NCBI GenBank assembly: GCA_963771865.1
Contig: CAVYVJ010000024.1
Location: 48,757-112,756, forward strand
Origin: an uncultured Verrucomicrobiae bacterium
GTDB lineage: Bacteria; Verrucomicrobiota; Verrucomicrobiia; Chthoniobacterales; UBA10450
Length of the DNA: 64,000 nucleotides
Reading direction: 5' to 3'
Under the pieces are notes generated by a model, which was not told the origin of the DNA, ran no database searches, and was given only the letters and a program-made list of their open reading frames with translations. A program made the translations under genes and the position numbers. This document shows, piece after piece, positions 1 through 12,508 of this stretch (position 1 is its first letter; each line of letters begins with the position of its first letter).

Positions 1-502
<502 letters not shown>

Positions 503-507
503 AAAAA

Positions 508-538
508 AGCGGCCCCGAAAATTTCTCTCGGGGCCGCT
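508..538. terminator. GC-rich hairpin between convergent genes, intrinsic-terminator-like
   Basis: Stem AGCGGCCCCGA (508-518) pairs with TCGGGGCCGCT (528-538) around a 9-nt loop. Read on the minus strand it is followed by a T7 run (A7 at 502-508 on plus). It lies 6 nt after the asd stop and 65 nt after the stop of the minus-strand gene. Confidence 0.6.
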
Positions 539-602
539 GATTGAACATGACCAGCCTTAATGGGGCGTCGGTTGCTCGTCGCCAGGCTTTTTCTTCTTGT
601 GT

Positions 603-2070
603 TCAGCGCTCGGGCTGTTGATCCCCCTGTGGCTGCACTGGATGGGCCACCGGCGGTCGCTGCTTTAGCTCCGGATGCGGCGCCTGTTCTGGCTGGGGCT
701 GATGCTGAACAGGCTGGGCCTGCACGGGCCGATCCGGTTGTTCCACCGGACGAGCGTGTTCCAAGCTATGTTGTTGTTGTTGCGCTTGCTGGGCTCTTTG
801 CAAACGGTCGGCGCGTTGCGCTTCCTGCGATTGCTGAGCGCGCCTTGCTGCAGCGGCACGCTGGCTTTCCTGAGCTTGCTCAGCGGGCGGTTGGCCACGC
901 TCTGGCGGTGGCGTATAAGGGGATTGAGCCCGCCTCGCGGCCTGCTCCTGATCAGCGCTGCCCTGAGGATGCGGTGGGGGTTGCCGATACAGCCGCGCAT
1001 TCCGTGCCGCTGCCTCTTGCTGCGCGGCTCTTGCCGCTTCCTGATTGTTAACCGGAGAACTCGCCGGTCGAGTGCGAGCGCTTTCATTAGGCGGCGCAGC
1101 GGTGGCGTTATCGATTTTCGGGCCTTTTTGTGCCTCGAAGTTCGGCGGCAATATCTTTCTCGGGTTCTCCTTCTTCATTTCCGCCTCAATTTGTTGCCGA
1201 TTGGCCACGCCTTGCCAGCCGCGTTCGACTTTCGGCTTTTCGACCTTCGCCTTCACCTGGCTTGGGGCGACCTGTTGCGGCGATTTCTGGATTCGAGGCG
1301 AAACAACCACAAACTGGTTGCCATTGACTCGATTGAAATTTCCGCGCCGGCCGCCCTGACCGGCGTTCGCTGGAACAGTTGCCTCTCGTTGGAGAGTAAG
1401 GTGCTGAATCGGACGCGCGGAGAATTGATTCACGCGATTCAGATCAGGTCCGTTATTAATCACGATCGAATTGTTATATGTGATGTTGGTGACGTTGACG
1501 GTGTTGTTGATGATCGTGACATTCCGGGCTGGGCTCGATAAGACGTGCGCGCAAGACGGGTTCACCGATATAACGAATGTCGACAAAGTTATAATAAAGC
1601 GGCCCAATGCCGAAGCTGACATCGACCGCCCCGGTAATCGGGCTGCCCTCATAGACAACCTCATCTGCCTGCGGTGGCAGAGGAGCCCAACCGACGTAGT
1701 CGCCGCCAGTGCGCCATGAAACCCAAGCCGGGCCCCACTCATACCCTGGAACCCAAACCCATCCGTAGTCGGCCAGCCGGCTCCAACGGCCGTAGTGATA
1801 AGTGGCCCAGCCGAAGTCTTCGTAAGAGACCCACGTCCAACCAGCATCAGTGTATGCCCAGTAGCCGTCGGCGTAGGGTCGCCAATTGGGGTCACTCACG
1901 GCTACCGCCGGTTGGAAGCAGTAACCGTAGTCGCCTACTTCAATCCAACTACCTTGATCAGAGAGATTGTCGTAAAAGAAATTGAGTGAGACCTCGGTCT
2001 CAGCCTGCGCGCGCGTGGCGAGCGGGAGCAGGAAACCGACCATCATTAATGCGAGTAGGATTGGTTTCAT
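603..2070 (-). pseudogene. secreted DUF6600-like W/Y/G-repeat protein with long P/Q/A-rich tail; frame broken near 1524-1534
   Basis: ORF 1474..2070 has a signal peptide (MKPILLALMMVGFLLPLATRAQA) and repeats (WTWVSYEDFGWATYHYGRW, WVWVPGYEWGPAWVSWR). The continuation RNVTIINNTVNVTNITYNN plus the low-complexity tail is in ORF 603..1895 in another frame. The join lies at CCCAGCCCGG. Confidence 0.65.
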
Positions 2071-2182
2071 GGCGTTATTTCAGGACTTTGGACTTCATTA
2101 GCCCAGCGATTATTCACAGATTCGGAAGTGACCGAGGTCTTGCGTGGTTGCAAGAGCCATTTGCTGCGCCGTTCGGCAACCG

Positions 2183-3718
2183 TCAGCGCGGTTTTACAAC
2201 AACAAATGATCGACTGCGTTGACGGCAGACTGAGAGGACCTGCGGCTGACTGGGATCGAGCGACTGGACCGCTTCCTGATAGTCCTGGATCGAAGTCACC
2301 GGGTTCTGGTTAATCGCCTCGATTACATCTCCGGCTCGGAGCTGACCACCACTAATTTCCGAGCCGACTCGCGCGATCACGACTCCCCGAACGCCGGAGG
2401 GCACCCCCAGCTTGCCCGCCAACTGCGGAGTTAAATCCTGCACTTCGATCGAGCCCAGGATTCCGCCCGTGGCGGGCGTCTGACTTTGATCATCCTCTGG
2501 TTCGTTAGGCTCGGGTGGTGCAGGCCGGCCCGGCTCCTCGGGGAGCGCGCGCGCCACTCCATATCCAGGAGGCTGTTCCTTGATCTTGGCGAACACGGTG
2601 ATCGGCTTGCCAGCACGCGCGACTTGCACCTCCACTTTCTTATCCAGCTCCACTTGCGAAACAAGCCGACGCAACTCAAGGATGTTGCGCACTTCATGAC
2701 CGTCAAACTTTTGGATCAAATCTCCCCGCTCGATGCGGGCTTCCGAAGCGGGCGAATTCGGCACCACCGCCGCAACTACGACTCCGGCATTGTCATTCGC
2801 GCCGACTTGCCCAGGCTGAGGAGCGGCCGTCTCGATGCCCAGATAACCGCGAATGATGCGGCCTTGTTTTAGGAGGCTTTCCAAAGCCATTCGCACCGTA
2901 TTGGAAGGGATGGCAAAGCCGATGCCCTGTGAACCGCCGCTCCGCGAGATGATGGCGGTATTTATCCCAATCACCTCGCCGCGAAGATTGATCAGCGGCC
3001 CACCGCTATTCCCGGGATTGATGGCGGCGTTCGTTTGCAGGAAATCACCGAAACCATCGACTCGATTAGGCCGTCCCTTCGAGCTAATGATACCATCCGT
3101 CACGGTCTCTTCGAAGCCGAACGGATTTCCCACCGCGAGGACAAAATCGCCCGCCTGCATCGCGTCGGAGTCGCCGAGTTTGAGCGGCTTCACGCCCGGT
3201 TCGTCCATTTTCAGGACAGCGAGATCAAGCTCCGCGTCAGCCCCGATTAAGCGGGCTTTCCGAGTCCGGCCGTCGCTCAGCTGCACCTCAATTTCGTCCA
3301 CTTGATCGACAACGTGATTGTTGGTGATGATGTGGCCTTCATTGGTTACGATCACCCCGGACCCGAGCGAATTTTGCACTAATGCCTCGTCCGCCGGACC
3401 GCGAAACTGGCGATAATTACCCCGGAAAAAATCGAAAGGATCGAGGCCGTATTGCCGGCGTTGAATCCGCTTCGTTGTCTTCACGCTAACGACTGAAGGA
3501 ATAACACTTGCCACTAACCTGCGTCGTTCGTCGCTTAGAGAAGCGAGACTCGCGATCGTTTTCGAGTCGACCGTCGCGCTCTCTGCCAGCGTGTATTTCT
3601 CGGGTGTTTTGCGCTCGCTCAGATTAAGCCGCCCATGATGCAGTTGATAATCGTAGAGAAGCGAAACGCCGGCACTAAGAACGAGAACCAGCAAAAAGAA
3701 TTTGAGCAAATTTTTCAT
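2183..3718 (-). CDS. htrA: HtrA/DegP-family periplasmic serine protease with two PDZ domains
   Basis: Trypsin-like catalytic blocks (HIITNNHVV; GNSGGPLINLRGEVIGINTAI) are followed by two PDZ-like regions, with an N-terminal hydrophobic anchor. The start overlaps the recG stop by 1 nt. Confidence 0.9.
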   Translation of the reverse strand: MKNLLKFFLLVLVLSAGVSLLYDYQLHHGRLNLSERKTPEKYTLAESATVDSKTIASLASLSDERRRLVASVIPSVVSVKTTKRIQRRQYGLDPFDFFRGNYRQFRGPADEALVQNSLGSGVIVTNEGHIITNNHVVDQVDEIEVQLSDGRTRKARLIGADAELDLAVLKMDEPGVKPLKLGDSDAMQAGDFVLAVGNPFGFEETVTDGIISSKGRPNRVDGFGDFLQTNAAINPGNSGGPLINLRGEVIGINTAIISRSGGSQGIGFAIPSNTVRMALESLLKQGRIIRGYLGIETAAPQPGQVGANDNAGVVVAAVVPNSPASEARIERGDLIQKFDGHEVRNILELRRLVSQVELDKKVEVQVARAGKPITVFAKIKEQPPGYGVARALPEEPGRPAPPEPNEPEDDQSQTPATGGILGSIEVQDLTPQLAGKLGVPSGVRGVVIARVGSEISGGQLRAGDVIEAINQNPVTSIQDYQEAVQSLDPSQPQVLSVCRQRSRSFVVVKPR

Positions 3719-5782
3719 TAGCTGACGTGGGAAAAGGTTTTTCCCTCTTCTTCGACAATCAAATGCCGGAAACGTTGATTTTCCGGATTTGCGAGCTTCG
3801 GATCATCGCGAAAAATCTGGGTCGCCGCCGAGCGCGCCCGTTGCATGAGTTTTGCATCCAATCGCAAATTTCCCAGTTTCAATGCCGATAATCCACTCTG
3901 CGCGGTTCCAAGCAGATCCCCCGGGCCCCGCTGCTCCCAATCAGCCTCCGCCACGACAAAACCGTCGTTCGTTTGTTCGAGCACCGCCAGCCGGGCGACC
4001 GTCTCCGGCGAGGGATCGGAGCGTAGCAGAATACAATAGGATTTGTGCTGGCCGCGTCCGATCCGCCCTCGCAGTTGATGCAGTTGCGCAAGTCCAAAAC
4101 GCTCGGCGTTTTCGATCAGCATAACAGTGGCGTTAGGCACATCGACGCCCACTTCAATGACCGTGGTGCTAATCAGCACGCTCGTTAGGCCACGCCGAAA
4201 CCGTTCCATGATTCCCTGTTTTTCCTGAGCTGGAATCCGCCCGTGGAGCAATTCACAGGTAAAGGGCCGCAATCGCTCGCGCCATTTTTCGAACTCGGCG
4301 GCAGCCGCTTTCACCTCGAGTTTTTCGCTCTCCTCGATCAGTGGATACACAATGTAGGCCTGTCTGCCGGACTCGAGTTCTCGTAATAAAAAAGCGAGCA
4401 CATCTGGTAATTTTGTTTCTTCTCGCGCCGCCGTCACAATTCGACCGCGATCTGCCGGCATCTCGTCGATCGTCGAGACGTCAAGATCGCCGTAAAGACT
4501 CATCGTCAGGGTGCGCGGAATTGGCGTTGCCGTCATCACCAACACATCCGGAACCGGCTCATAATTCGTTAGGCGAGCGCGCTGCGCGACGCCGAACTTG
4601 TGTTGCTCGTCGATCACGACCAGTCCCGGCCGATCGAGTCCCTCCGGCTCGTAGAGCAGCGCATGCGTGCCGACGAAAATCTGCGCGGCCGCGTCTCCTT
4701 CGAGCAGCGGGAGGAAAGCTCTCTTCCTGCCGGGCAGCCGTCCGCAGCGCGATCCTGACGCCAAGCGGTTCGAGCCAGCGACGCAGGACAACATAATGCT
4801 GCTCGGCAAGGATCTGCGTCGGCGCCATCAGCGCCGCCTGAAAACCCGCTTCAACCGCGAGCAGCATTGCGGCGATCGCCACAACCGTCTTCCCTGACCC
4901 AACATCGCCCTGAAGCAACCGGTTCATCGGAAACGTCGAGCAAAGATCGGCCCGCAGCTCCTCGATCACCCGTGCTTGCGCATTCGTCAGGTCAAAGGGA
5001 AGGGCGCGCAGAAAAGCATCGAGCAATTTCCCCTCGCCTCCATGCACAGCGCCCGCGCGCGATCGAGAACGCGCCCGCCGCGATGAAAGCTGCATCTGCA
5101 TTGCGAAAAACTCTGCCAGAACCAGCGTCTCCCGCGCCCGCGCGAGCGCCTCCTCTGTTGGAGGAAAATGGATGTCGCGCCACGCTTCTGCGGATGCGAC
5201 ATCGGTAAGATCCGCCGGCAGCACTGTCACCAGATCGTCGTCTTCGTATTCCTCGAGAAGACGATAGATCAGACTGCGCAGAACCCGCTGAGAGAGCCCT
5301 TCCGTCGCCGGATAAATTGGAGTGATGCGCCGAAAATGAATCGAGATCTCCTCGTCATTTTCGATCACCTCAAATTCGGGATGTTCCATGCAGAGGCGCT
5401 GGCCACGTTGGCGTGGTTTGCCGAAAACGACCAGCCGTTGTCCGGTCAAAATCATTTTCTGAACGTAATGGAGATTGAACCAGCGCAGAACGAGCGGTTG
5501 GCTCAAGGCATGCGCATCGCTTTCCTGCAAAGTCGCCTCAAAGATCCTCTTTCCGCGGCCGAAGCGATTGAAGCGCGTCTTAATCACTTCGCCGCAGAGG
5601 CAGACGGCCTGGTCGCTCTCCTCCCGCGGAAAACCGGCGAACTCGCGCCGATCTTCGTAACGTCGCGGATAATGGGTGAGAAGGTCGCCGACGGTTACAA
5701 TACCGAGACGCCGCAACTGCGTGCTGCGCGCGTGGGGAATCCACCCGATTTCGCCTAACAAATCCGCACTGGTCAGGCTCAT
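3718..5782 (-). pseudogene. recG: ATP-dependent DNA helicase RecG; frame broken near 4738-4747
   Basis: The wedge domain and Walker A (GDVGSGKTVVA) are in ORF 4559..5782. DEQHKFG, MTATPIPRTL and the helicase-C/TRG region are in ORF 3718..4809. The two ORFs overlap in different frames. Confidence 0.85.
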
Positions 5783-5785
5783 CGC

Positions 5786-7490
5786 TCAATCGGGACAGAG
5801 GAGCGAAGAGCCTCCACCTGACATTTGGAGACGAATCTCGCCTTCGTATTCGTCGCTGCTAATCCGAAAAGCCACATCCCACGGCGGCTCGGGCAGCGGC
5901 TCTTCCGCACCGCCAAAAAAAATCGCCCGCTGGAAGCGTCCATTCTGCCGCAAACGCAGGACAAGATGCTTCTCTTTCAACGTTTGGGGCGGCGCGACAG
6001 GCTCGACGGCGCGCGCGAAAAAGAGGGGCTGGGGGTTGCCCTGACCGAACGGTTGCAACAGCTCGTGCCAGCGAAGCAGGTTCCAGTTCAATTGGTCCAG
6101 GGACAATTCCTCATCCAACTGGAGAGTGGGCTCGAGTTGTTCCGCGGAAAGCAATGCGCCGCAAGTTTCTTGAAATGCCGCTGCTAAAGTCCGAAAAATT
6201 TTCTTCACGAATCGTTAGGCCAGCGGCCATCTCATGCCCGCCGGACTTCTCGAGGTGACCGGCACATCGTCCCAGCGCCGCGACGAGCGAGAGGCCCGGA
6301 ATGCTTCGCCCGCTCCCTTTCCCTAGTCCCGCTTCATCGAATCCGACAATAATCGTCGGCCGGTGGTAACTGCGCGCGATACGCGACGCGACGATGCCTA
6401 GCACCCCCGGATGCCAGGTCCGGTCGCCCAAAACGATCGCCGGGGATTCGCCCAAACTCTCCTCGGCGATTTTGGCTTCCGCTGCCTGAACGATTTCGCG
6501 CTCGACGTTTTGTCGGTCGCGATTCTGCCCGTCCAAATCGGCGGCCAACGCGATCGCCTCCGCCGAATCCCCGGTAAGGAAAAGGCGTAACGCTTTCTCG
6601 GCTGTCGTTAGGCGACCAGCCGCGTTGAGACGGGGACCGAGGCGAAAACCGATATGCTCGGCCAGAATCGGAGATCGCACCGCGGCGACGTTCAACAATT
6701 CGCTTATGCCTAACAATCGCCGCCGCGCGATTTCGTGCATTCCATGATGAACAAGAATTCGATTCTCCGCCTCCAACGGCACGATGTCGGCCACCGTCCC
6801 AAGGGCGACAAGGTCGAGTCGCCGGCGCAAGTCGAAATCCGGAAGGGGGCGGGTCTTGAGGAGCGCGTGACAAAGTTTAAACACGATCCCGACACTGCAT
6901 AGATAACCGAACGCGAAATCGCCGGTCGCCTTCGGATTGACGATTGCGACACAATCCGGCAAAGCGGCCTTCGGTTCGTGATGATCGAGTACGATCACGT
7001 CCGCCCCACGGGCACGGACTTCAGCGACTTCCGCGCACGAACTGGTCCCGCAATCAACCGCGATGAAAAGCTGTGGCTGGTGCGCCTGCCAGCAGCGCTC
7101 GATTCCTTCGGCGCTCAAGCCGTAGCCTTCCTCCATCCGCGAAGGCAGGAAGAGCGCGGGCGTAGCTCCATAGGCACGGAGCATTTCGTTCAGGAGAGCG
7201 AGCGAGGTGACACCGTCGACGTCGTAATCGCCATAGAGAACGATCCGCTCCTGTTCGCTAATCGCGTGCAAAATGCGATCCACCGCAATCTTCATGTTGG
7301 GAAGCAAAAAAGGATCGCTCAGCCGCCGAAGGCGAGGCCGTAGAAAGGCGCTCGCCTGCTCGTCATTGACCAAACCTTTGCCCTGCAAGAGACGGGCAAT
7401 GGAGGGCAGGCCGCAAACATCGTCAGAGAACTTCACGACGGCGCCATCGTGATTCGCAGAAGGTAAGATCCAACGCCGCGCCCGCTTCAT
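5786..7490 (-). pseudogene. recJ: single-stranded-DNA-specific exonuclease RecJ; frame broken at homopolymer 6194-6198
   Basis: DHH (GDYDVDGVTS) and DHHA1 (GGHEMAAG) motifs are in ORF 6111..7490. The C-terminal domain (LQPFGQGNPQPLF) is in ORF 5786..6208. Removing one T from the T5 run restores ...EENFRTLAAAFQE... Confidence 0.85.
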
Positions 7491-7592
7491 CTCGCGGTCT
7501 TGTCAGGCAAGACGCTTGGCCAGGCGTTGCGCATCAAATGGAGCGTGAACTTTGGCATCGCTATCAAAGTAGACGAAAACACTGACGCCGCC

Positions 7593-8363
<771 letters not shown>

Positions 8364-8364
8364 C

Positions 8365-9522
8365 TCAGGCGCAGACCAGTTCGCCGGCGGCACGCGAAGC
8401 GGCCTGGCCCGGGAGGTCGGATTCAGGCGACCTGAGGTGATTGTAATAACTGTCCCGTTGCACCGGCTCACGCCCGGCCTCGCGAATAGCGTGGCGCAGG
8501 GCTTGGGCGGTCTGCTCTTCGGGCGTCGTCACTCCCGCCATGTGGAAAATCTTTTCGCGCATGATGGTGCCGTGCAGGTCATCCACTCCGTAGCTCAAGG
8601 CCACTTGGGCAAGCGGAAGTCCCATGCTGACCCAATAGGCCGTAAGGTGGTCGAAGTTATCGAGATAAATCCGACTGACAGCAAGGTTACGCAGCTGCTC
8701 AAAAGCCGTTGCCCGTGGAATATGGGAAAGAACCGTGCCTTCCCCCGGCTCGAAAGCGAATGGGATGAACCCGGTGAAGCCTCCCGTCTCATCCTGCAAC
8801 TCGCGCAGCTGCCGTAAATGATCGACCCGGTGTTCGTTAGTCTCGATGTGTCCGAAGAGCATCGTGCAGGTGCTGCGTCCACCCATCTGGTGCCAGGTCC
8901 GGTGGACCTCAAGCCATTCCGCCGCGCTCTCTTTGCCCCGACATAATTCATCACGCACACCCGGATCAAAAATTTCCGCCCCGCCGCCTGTGAGCGAGCC
9001 GAGGCCGGCCTCGCGCAGAGTGGCAAGCGTTTCGGCGATCGACGTTTTAAAAATCCGCCGCGCCATGTGCCGAATTTCGATCGCGGTGAAGGCTTTCAGT
9101 TGCAGATGAGGATCAAGCGCCCGAAGGCGGGCCAGCAGATTGAGATACCAGTCCTTATCAAGCGTAGGATGAAGCCCCCCGACCATGTGCACCTCCGTGA
9201 TGCCGCTGGCCAGGGCTTCCTGCACCGCGGCGACAATTTCGTCAGCGGAGTTTTCGAAGGCGTGCGCGTCACGTTTCTTCGCGGCGAAAGCGCAGAACTG
9301 GCACGAGAGCACGCAGATGTTGGAATAGTTGATGTAACGATTGAGGATATAGGTGGCGACATTGCCGTTTTTTCGCTCACGCACCGCGCTCGCCATGATC
9401 CCAAGCGCGTTCAGATCGTTCGACTGATAAAGTTGCAGCGCGTCCTGCTCAGAAATCCGTTCGCTCGCGGCGATCTTCTCGGCGAAGGGCCGCAGGGTGT
9501 CAGGAATGAGCGAAAGTTTCAT
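8365..9522 (-). CDS. radical-SAM menaquinone (futalosine pathway) enzyme, MqnE/MqnC family
   Basis: It has the radical-SAM cluster motif CVLSCQFCAF and a full-length MqnE/MqnC-like sequence, and it lies directly upstream of mqnA. I cannot separate MqnE from MqnC by eye. Confidence 0.8.
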   Translation of the reverse strand: MKLSLIPDTLRPFAEKIAASERISEQDALQLYQSNDLNALGIMASAVRERKNGNVATYILNRYINYSNICVLSCQFCAFAAKKRDAHAFENSADEIVAAVQEALASGITEVHMVGGLHPTLDKDWYLNLLARLRALDPHLQLKAFTAIEIRHMARRIFKTSIAETLATLREAGLGSLTGGGAEIFDPGVRDELCRGKESAAEWLEVHRTWHQMGGRSTCTMLFGHIETNEHRVDHLRQLRELQDETGGFTGFIPFAFEPGEGTVLSHIPRATAFEQLRNLAVSRIYLDNFDHLTAYWVSMGLPLAQVALSYGVDDLHGTIMREKIFHMAGVTTPEEQTAQALRHAIREAGREPVQRDSYYNHLRSPESDLPGQAASRAAGELVCA

Positions 9523-9595
9523 GAAGGAAAGCGCGTTTCATGCGGAGAAACGCGGACGAGTTATGATGCACAGGGCGATGCGTTCGTGCAAGTGC

Positions 9596-9698
9596 TGTAG
9601 ACGCTTCGCTCTGCGAAGCGCGAGAGGAAGCGGCGCCGCCGTCAGGCCAGACCATTAGCATTGCGCTGGGTTGCGCTTCGCAGAGCGAAGCGTCTACA
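9596..9698. repeat. long inverted repeat (REPIN-like doublet, TGTAG head)
   Basis: The 26-nt arm TGTAGACGCTTCGCTCTGCGAAGCGC (9596-9621) has its exact reverse complement at 9673-9698. Each arm contains its own small palindrome (GCTTCGC..GCGAAGC). The element is intergenic. Confidence 0.85.
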
Positions 9699-9758
9699 AG
9701 ACAAAAGGGACGGAGGTCTTGCGACCATCCGCCCCTTCAACCCACAACAAAAGTTTCT

Positions 9759-11513
9759 CTAGAAATCGCGATCCTTCGCCGTGCTCCTAAAAAGCAGTTT
9801 AGACGGCGGGGGCGCGACGCCGGGTTTCGGTATGTCGGCTGCGAGTTGCCGATTCGAGGTCGGGACCAGGCGCACCGCGCCTTTGGCATTGTTCCGCCAA
9901 CCGTTTGGGTCCGCGTATTCCTCGCCGGTCTGATGCAAGCCGGTTACCTGATCTTCCAAGCCGGTGCCATAGCGCTGCTCCAAGATCGTGGGTGTGACAA
10001 AGACCAGCAGGTTGCGTTTGGTCCTGGCGTTGAGGTGCTCCTGGAAAAAGTAGCCGAGTACCGGGATGTCTCCCATCACCGGAACCTTATTTCGGCCTTT
10101 CGTTACTTCGTCCTGAAGCAACCCGCCGATCGCAAGAGTGTCGCCACTCTTGATCAAGACATTTGAATCCAGGGTTCGTGTGTCGATGATCGGACTCGCC
10201 ACCGTCGCGCCAGCAAAGACGAAGGTCGCGTCGGCAACCTTGTTACTGATCTCTGGCTTAACGCTCAGAGTAATGAAATCATCCTTATTGACCGATGGTC
10301 TGACGATAAGCGTATTGCCAAATTTCTTGTCCAGAAATCCGCCGAAGACGGCGGTTGCGGTCTGCTCATTGAAGTTCAATTGAGGGACAGGCTGATTACG
10401 GATGATCTCGATTTTCGCCTGTTGATTATCGGCCGTCACGACTCGGGGATTGGCGAGGAACTCCGCGTCGGAATCCTCATTCAGCATCCGCAGAGTGATC
10501 GACATCTGCGGCACAGAAAGAATCGCGAGTTGGTTCATGCCGAGCGCGCTACCCAGGAGTTTGCCGAAGTTGTCGCCCGCGTTTCTCTGCGAACCCGAAA
10601 GCGCGAAATCGTTTGTGATGATATGCCCACTGGGATCCGTCTCGATCGTGTACTTCCCAGTCGTCGGATCAGGGAAAGCGCTGGCCCCGTATTTAATGGT
10701 CTGCGGCGAGGTCGCGCTTCCCACCACGCCGGCCCAGTTGATGCCATAGCTTTGCTTGGGATTGGCGTTTACCTCGACCAGGCGCGCCTCAATCATGACC
10801 TGTTTGGTCGGTTTGTCGATTTGCACCAGCATCTTGCGAACGTTGTCGATGTTGCTCCGGGTCTCGCGAAAGAAAATGGTATTGGTCCGCTCGTCGACCT
10901 GCGGCGCCTCCTTGCTTGAAAGCTGCGCCTGGAGCAGCGGCGCGACGTCTTTCGCGCGGGCGTAGCTAAACTGGTAGCTGTCGCTCTCAGTCGGCTCCGC
11001 TGTGCGTTCAGCAACCGTCTTGATGTAATAGACGTTGTCGATCTCATCCATAAAGAGGCTCTTCGCCTTCACGATAATGGCGATCGCCTGCATCGCGGTT
11101 ACGTCCTCGAGCCGCATCGTCACGGTGCCCGCGACAGCTTCACTTACGACCATGTTGATTTTCGCCTGACGGGCAAGAAGACGCAGAACCTGGCCGACAT
11201 CATCGCCCTGAAACTCACGAACCCCGACGCCACCATTTTCGATCACTGAGTTGACCGCCGTGGCAGGAGCTGGCGAAGCAGCAGTCGACACCGCGGGCGC
11301 GGGAGGCTGGGCGGCCGCGGGTGCCGCTTGCACGAGCGTCATCGGAGTCGGCGCCGCACTGCTTTGGGGATCCGGGCTGCTGACGGCTGTCACCGACGCG
11401 GTCGTTTTCACGGGTTCCGCTGCAGCGACGCGGAACTGCTGCGCGGAAGACAGAATCGCGCTGGTCAGCAAAGCGGCGCACGCGCAGATGAGTTTATTGG
11501 TCGGTGTGGACAT
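9759..11513 (-). CDS. secretin (PilQ/GspD family outer-membrane channel)
   Basis: It has a secretin C-domain (NPRVVTADNQQAKIEI, VPVMGDIPVLGYFF, RNLLVFVTPTIL) and a secretin-N/STN-like domain. A signal peptide begins at Met 11513 (MSTPTNKLICACAALLTSAILSSAQQ), so the ORF-track start at 11624 is probably too long. There are no pilMNOP or gsp neighbours. Confidence 0.85.
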   Translation of the reverse strand: MSTPTNKLICACAALLTSAILSSAQQFRVAAAEPVKTTASVTAVSSPDPQSSAAPTPMTLVQAAPAAAQPPAPAVSTAASPAPATAVNSVIENGGVGVREFQGDDVGQVLRLLARQAKINMVVSEAVAGTVTMRLEDVTAMQAIAIIVKAKSLFMDEIDNVYYIKTVAERTAEPTESDSYQFSYARAKDVAPLLQAQLSSKEAPQVDERTNTIFFRETRSNIDNVRKMLVQIDKPTKQVMIEARLVEVNANPKQSYGINWAGVVGSATSPQTIKYGASAFPDPTTGKYTIETDPSGHIITNDFALSGSQRNAGDNFGKLLGSALGMNQLAILSVPQMSITLRMLNEDSDAEFLANPRVVTADNQQAKIEIIRNQPVPQLNFNEQTATAVFGGFLDKKFGNTLIVRPSVNKDDFITLSVKPEISNKVADATFVFAGATVASPIIDTRTLDSNVLIKSGDTLAIGGLLQDEVTKGRNKVPVMGDIPVLGYFFQEHLNARTKRNLLVFVTPTILEQRYGTGLEDQVTGLHQTGEEYADPNGWRNNAKGAVRLVPTSNRQLAADIPKPGVAPPPSKLLFRSTAKDRDF

Positions 11514-11707
11514 AGGATTAAGGCTAGGGTGTGTAGACTTCGGAATGGTAAAAGCAGGAACCAGACCAGCCTCCTCCGCCCTTTCTGGCGAACCGCGCTG
11601 CGCTCGGCCGTCAAGAAACGACACGAAATCTCACCGACTTAAGAAAGGGGGATTCTCGCTGGACCGGCCTTGCAGAGCAGCGCCGTTCCGCTGCGCCAGC
11701 GCGGAAG

Positions 11708-12508
11708 TTACGACTGCAAACCCGACACGGCGCCAGTCGAGGCGGTTGGAGCGAAGCCGAGTGCCGTCTTGCTGAAATCCGCGACCGGCATTTGCCTAAC
11801 GAGTCGCACGATTCCGTCCTGCCACTTGCGGCTGATCTCCTGCAAATAGGGATCGTTCTGCTCCAGGCGGGTGCGCATTTTCACCTGCAGCGAGTCGGTC
11901 TTGTAGCAAAGAATGTCGATCGGTGGGCCAACAGCAACATTGCTTTTCATCGTCGCGTCCATCGAGATAATACCGAACTTCAGCGCATCCATCAGCGTGC
12001 TTTCGTAACTGAGGCCGCGATCAAGAATTGGCTTGCCATACTTGGAGTCACCAATCTGCAGAAATGGACAATCGCGGCTCGCATGAATGCTGTTGCCTTG
12101 CGGATAAATCGAATGCACCTCCGGCCCGAGACCGGCGATTTGGCCGCCCACAATCAAATTGATATTGAAATCGAAGCCGTCGGCCTCGAGCGCAGCCCGA
12201 TCCCGCTGCTCCACCTCCCTGACTTTCGTGCCGACATAGCGGACGGTTTCATAAAGCGTCGCTTGATTCAGGAGGTGATTACGCGCGGGATGACTTTCGT
12301 TGAGATGCAGATCGTCGTCGATCAAGGCCAGGGTGGCCTGGGTGAGTGAGAGATTTCCCGAACTCAGGATGCAAATCACACGATCTCCGGGCTTCTCGAA
12401 GATCCGCATCTTGCTGCGGACGGTAATATTGTCCATCCCAGCGCTGGTTCGAGAATCGGAAAGGAAAACAGCCCCCTTGCGGCAGAGCATGCCGAGGCAA
12501 TACGTCAT
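11708..12508 (-). CDS. Anbu-type proteasome beta-subunit homologue (Ntn hydrolase)
   Basis: The N-terminus MTYCLG (Thr2 nucleophile) and SDSRTSAG, LSSGNLSLTQ blocks are typical of the ancestral beta-subunit (Anbu) family. Confidence 0.7.
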   Translation of the reverse strand: MTYCLGMLCRKGAVFLSDSRTSAGMDNITVRSKMRIFEKPGDRVICILSSGNLSLTQATLALIDDDLHLNESHPARNHLLNQATLYETVRYVGTKVREVEQRDRAALEADGFDFNINLIVGGQIAGLGPEVHSIYPQGNSIHASRDCPFLQIGDSKYGKPILDRGLSYESTLMDALKFGIISMDATMKSNVAVGPPIDILCYKTDSLQVKMRTRLEQNDPYLQEISRKWQDGIVRLVRQMPVADFSKTALGFAPTASTGAVSGLQS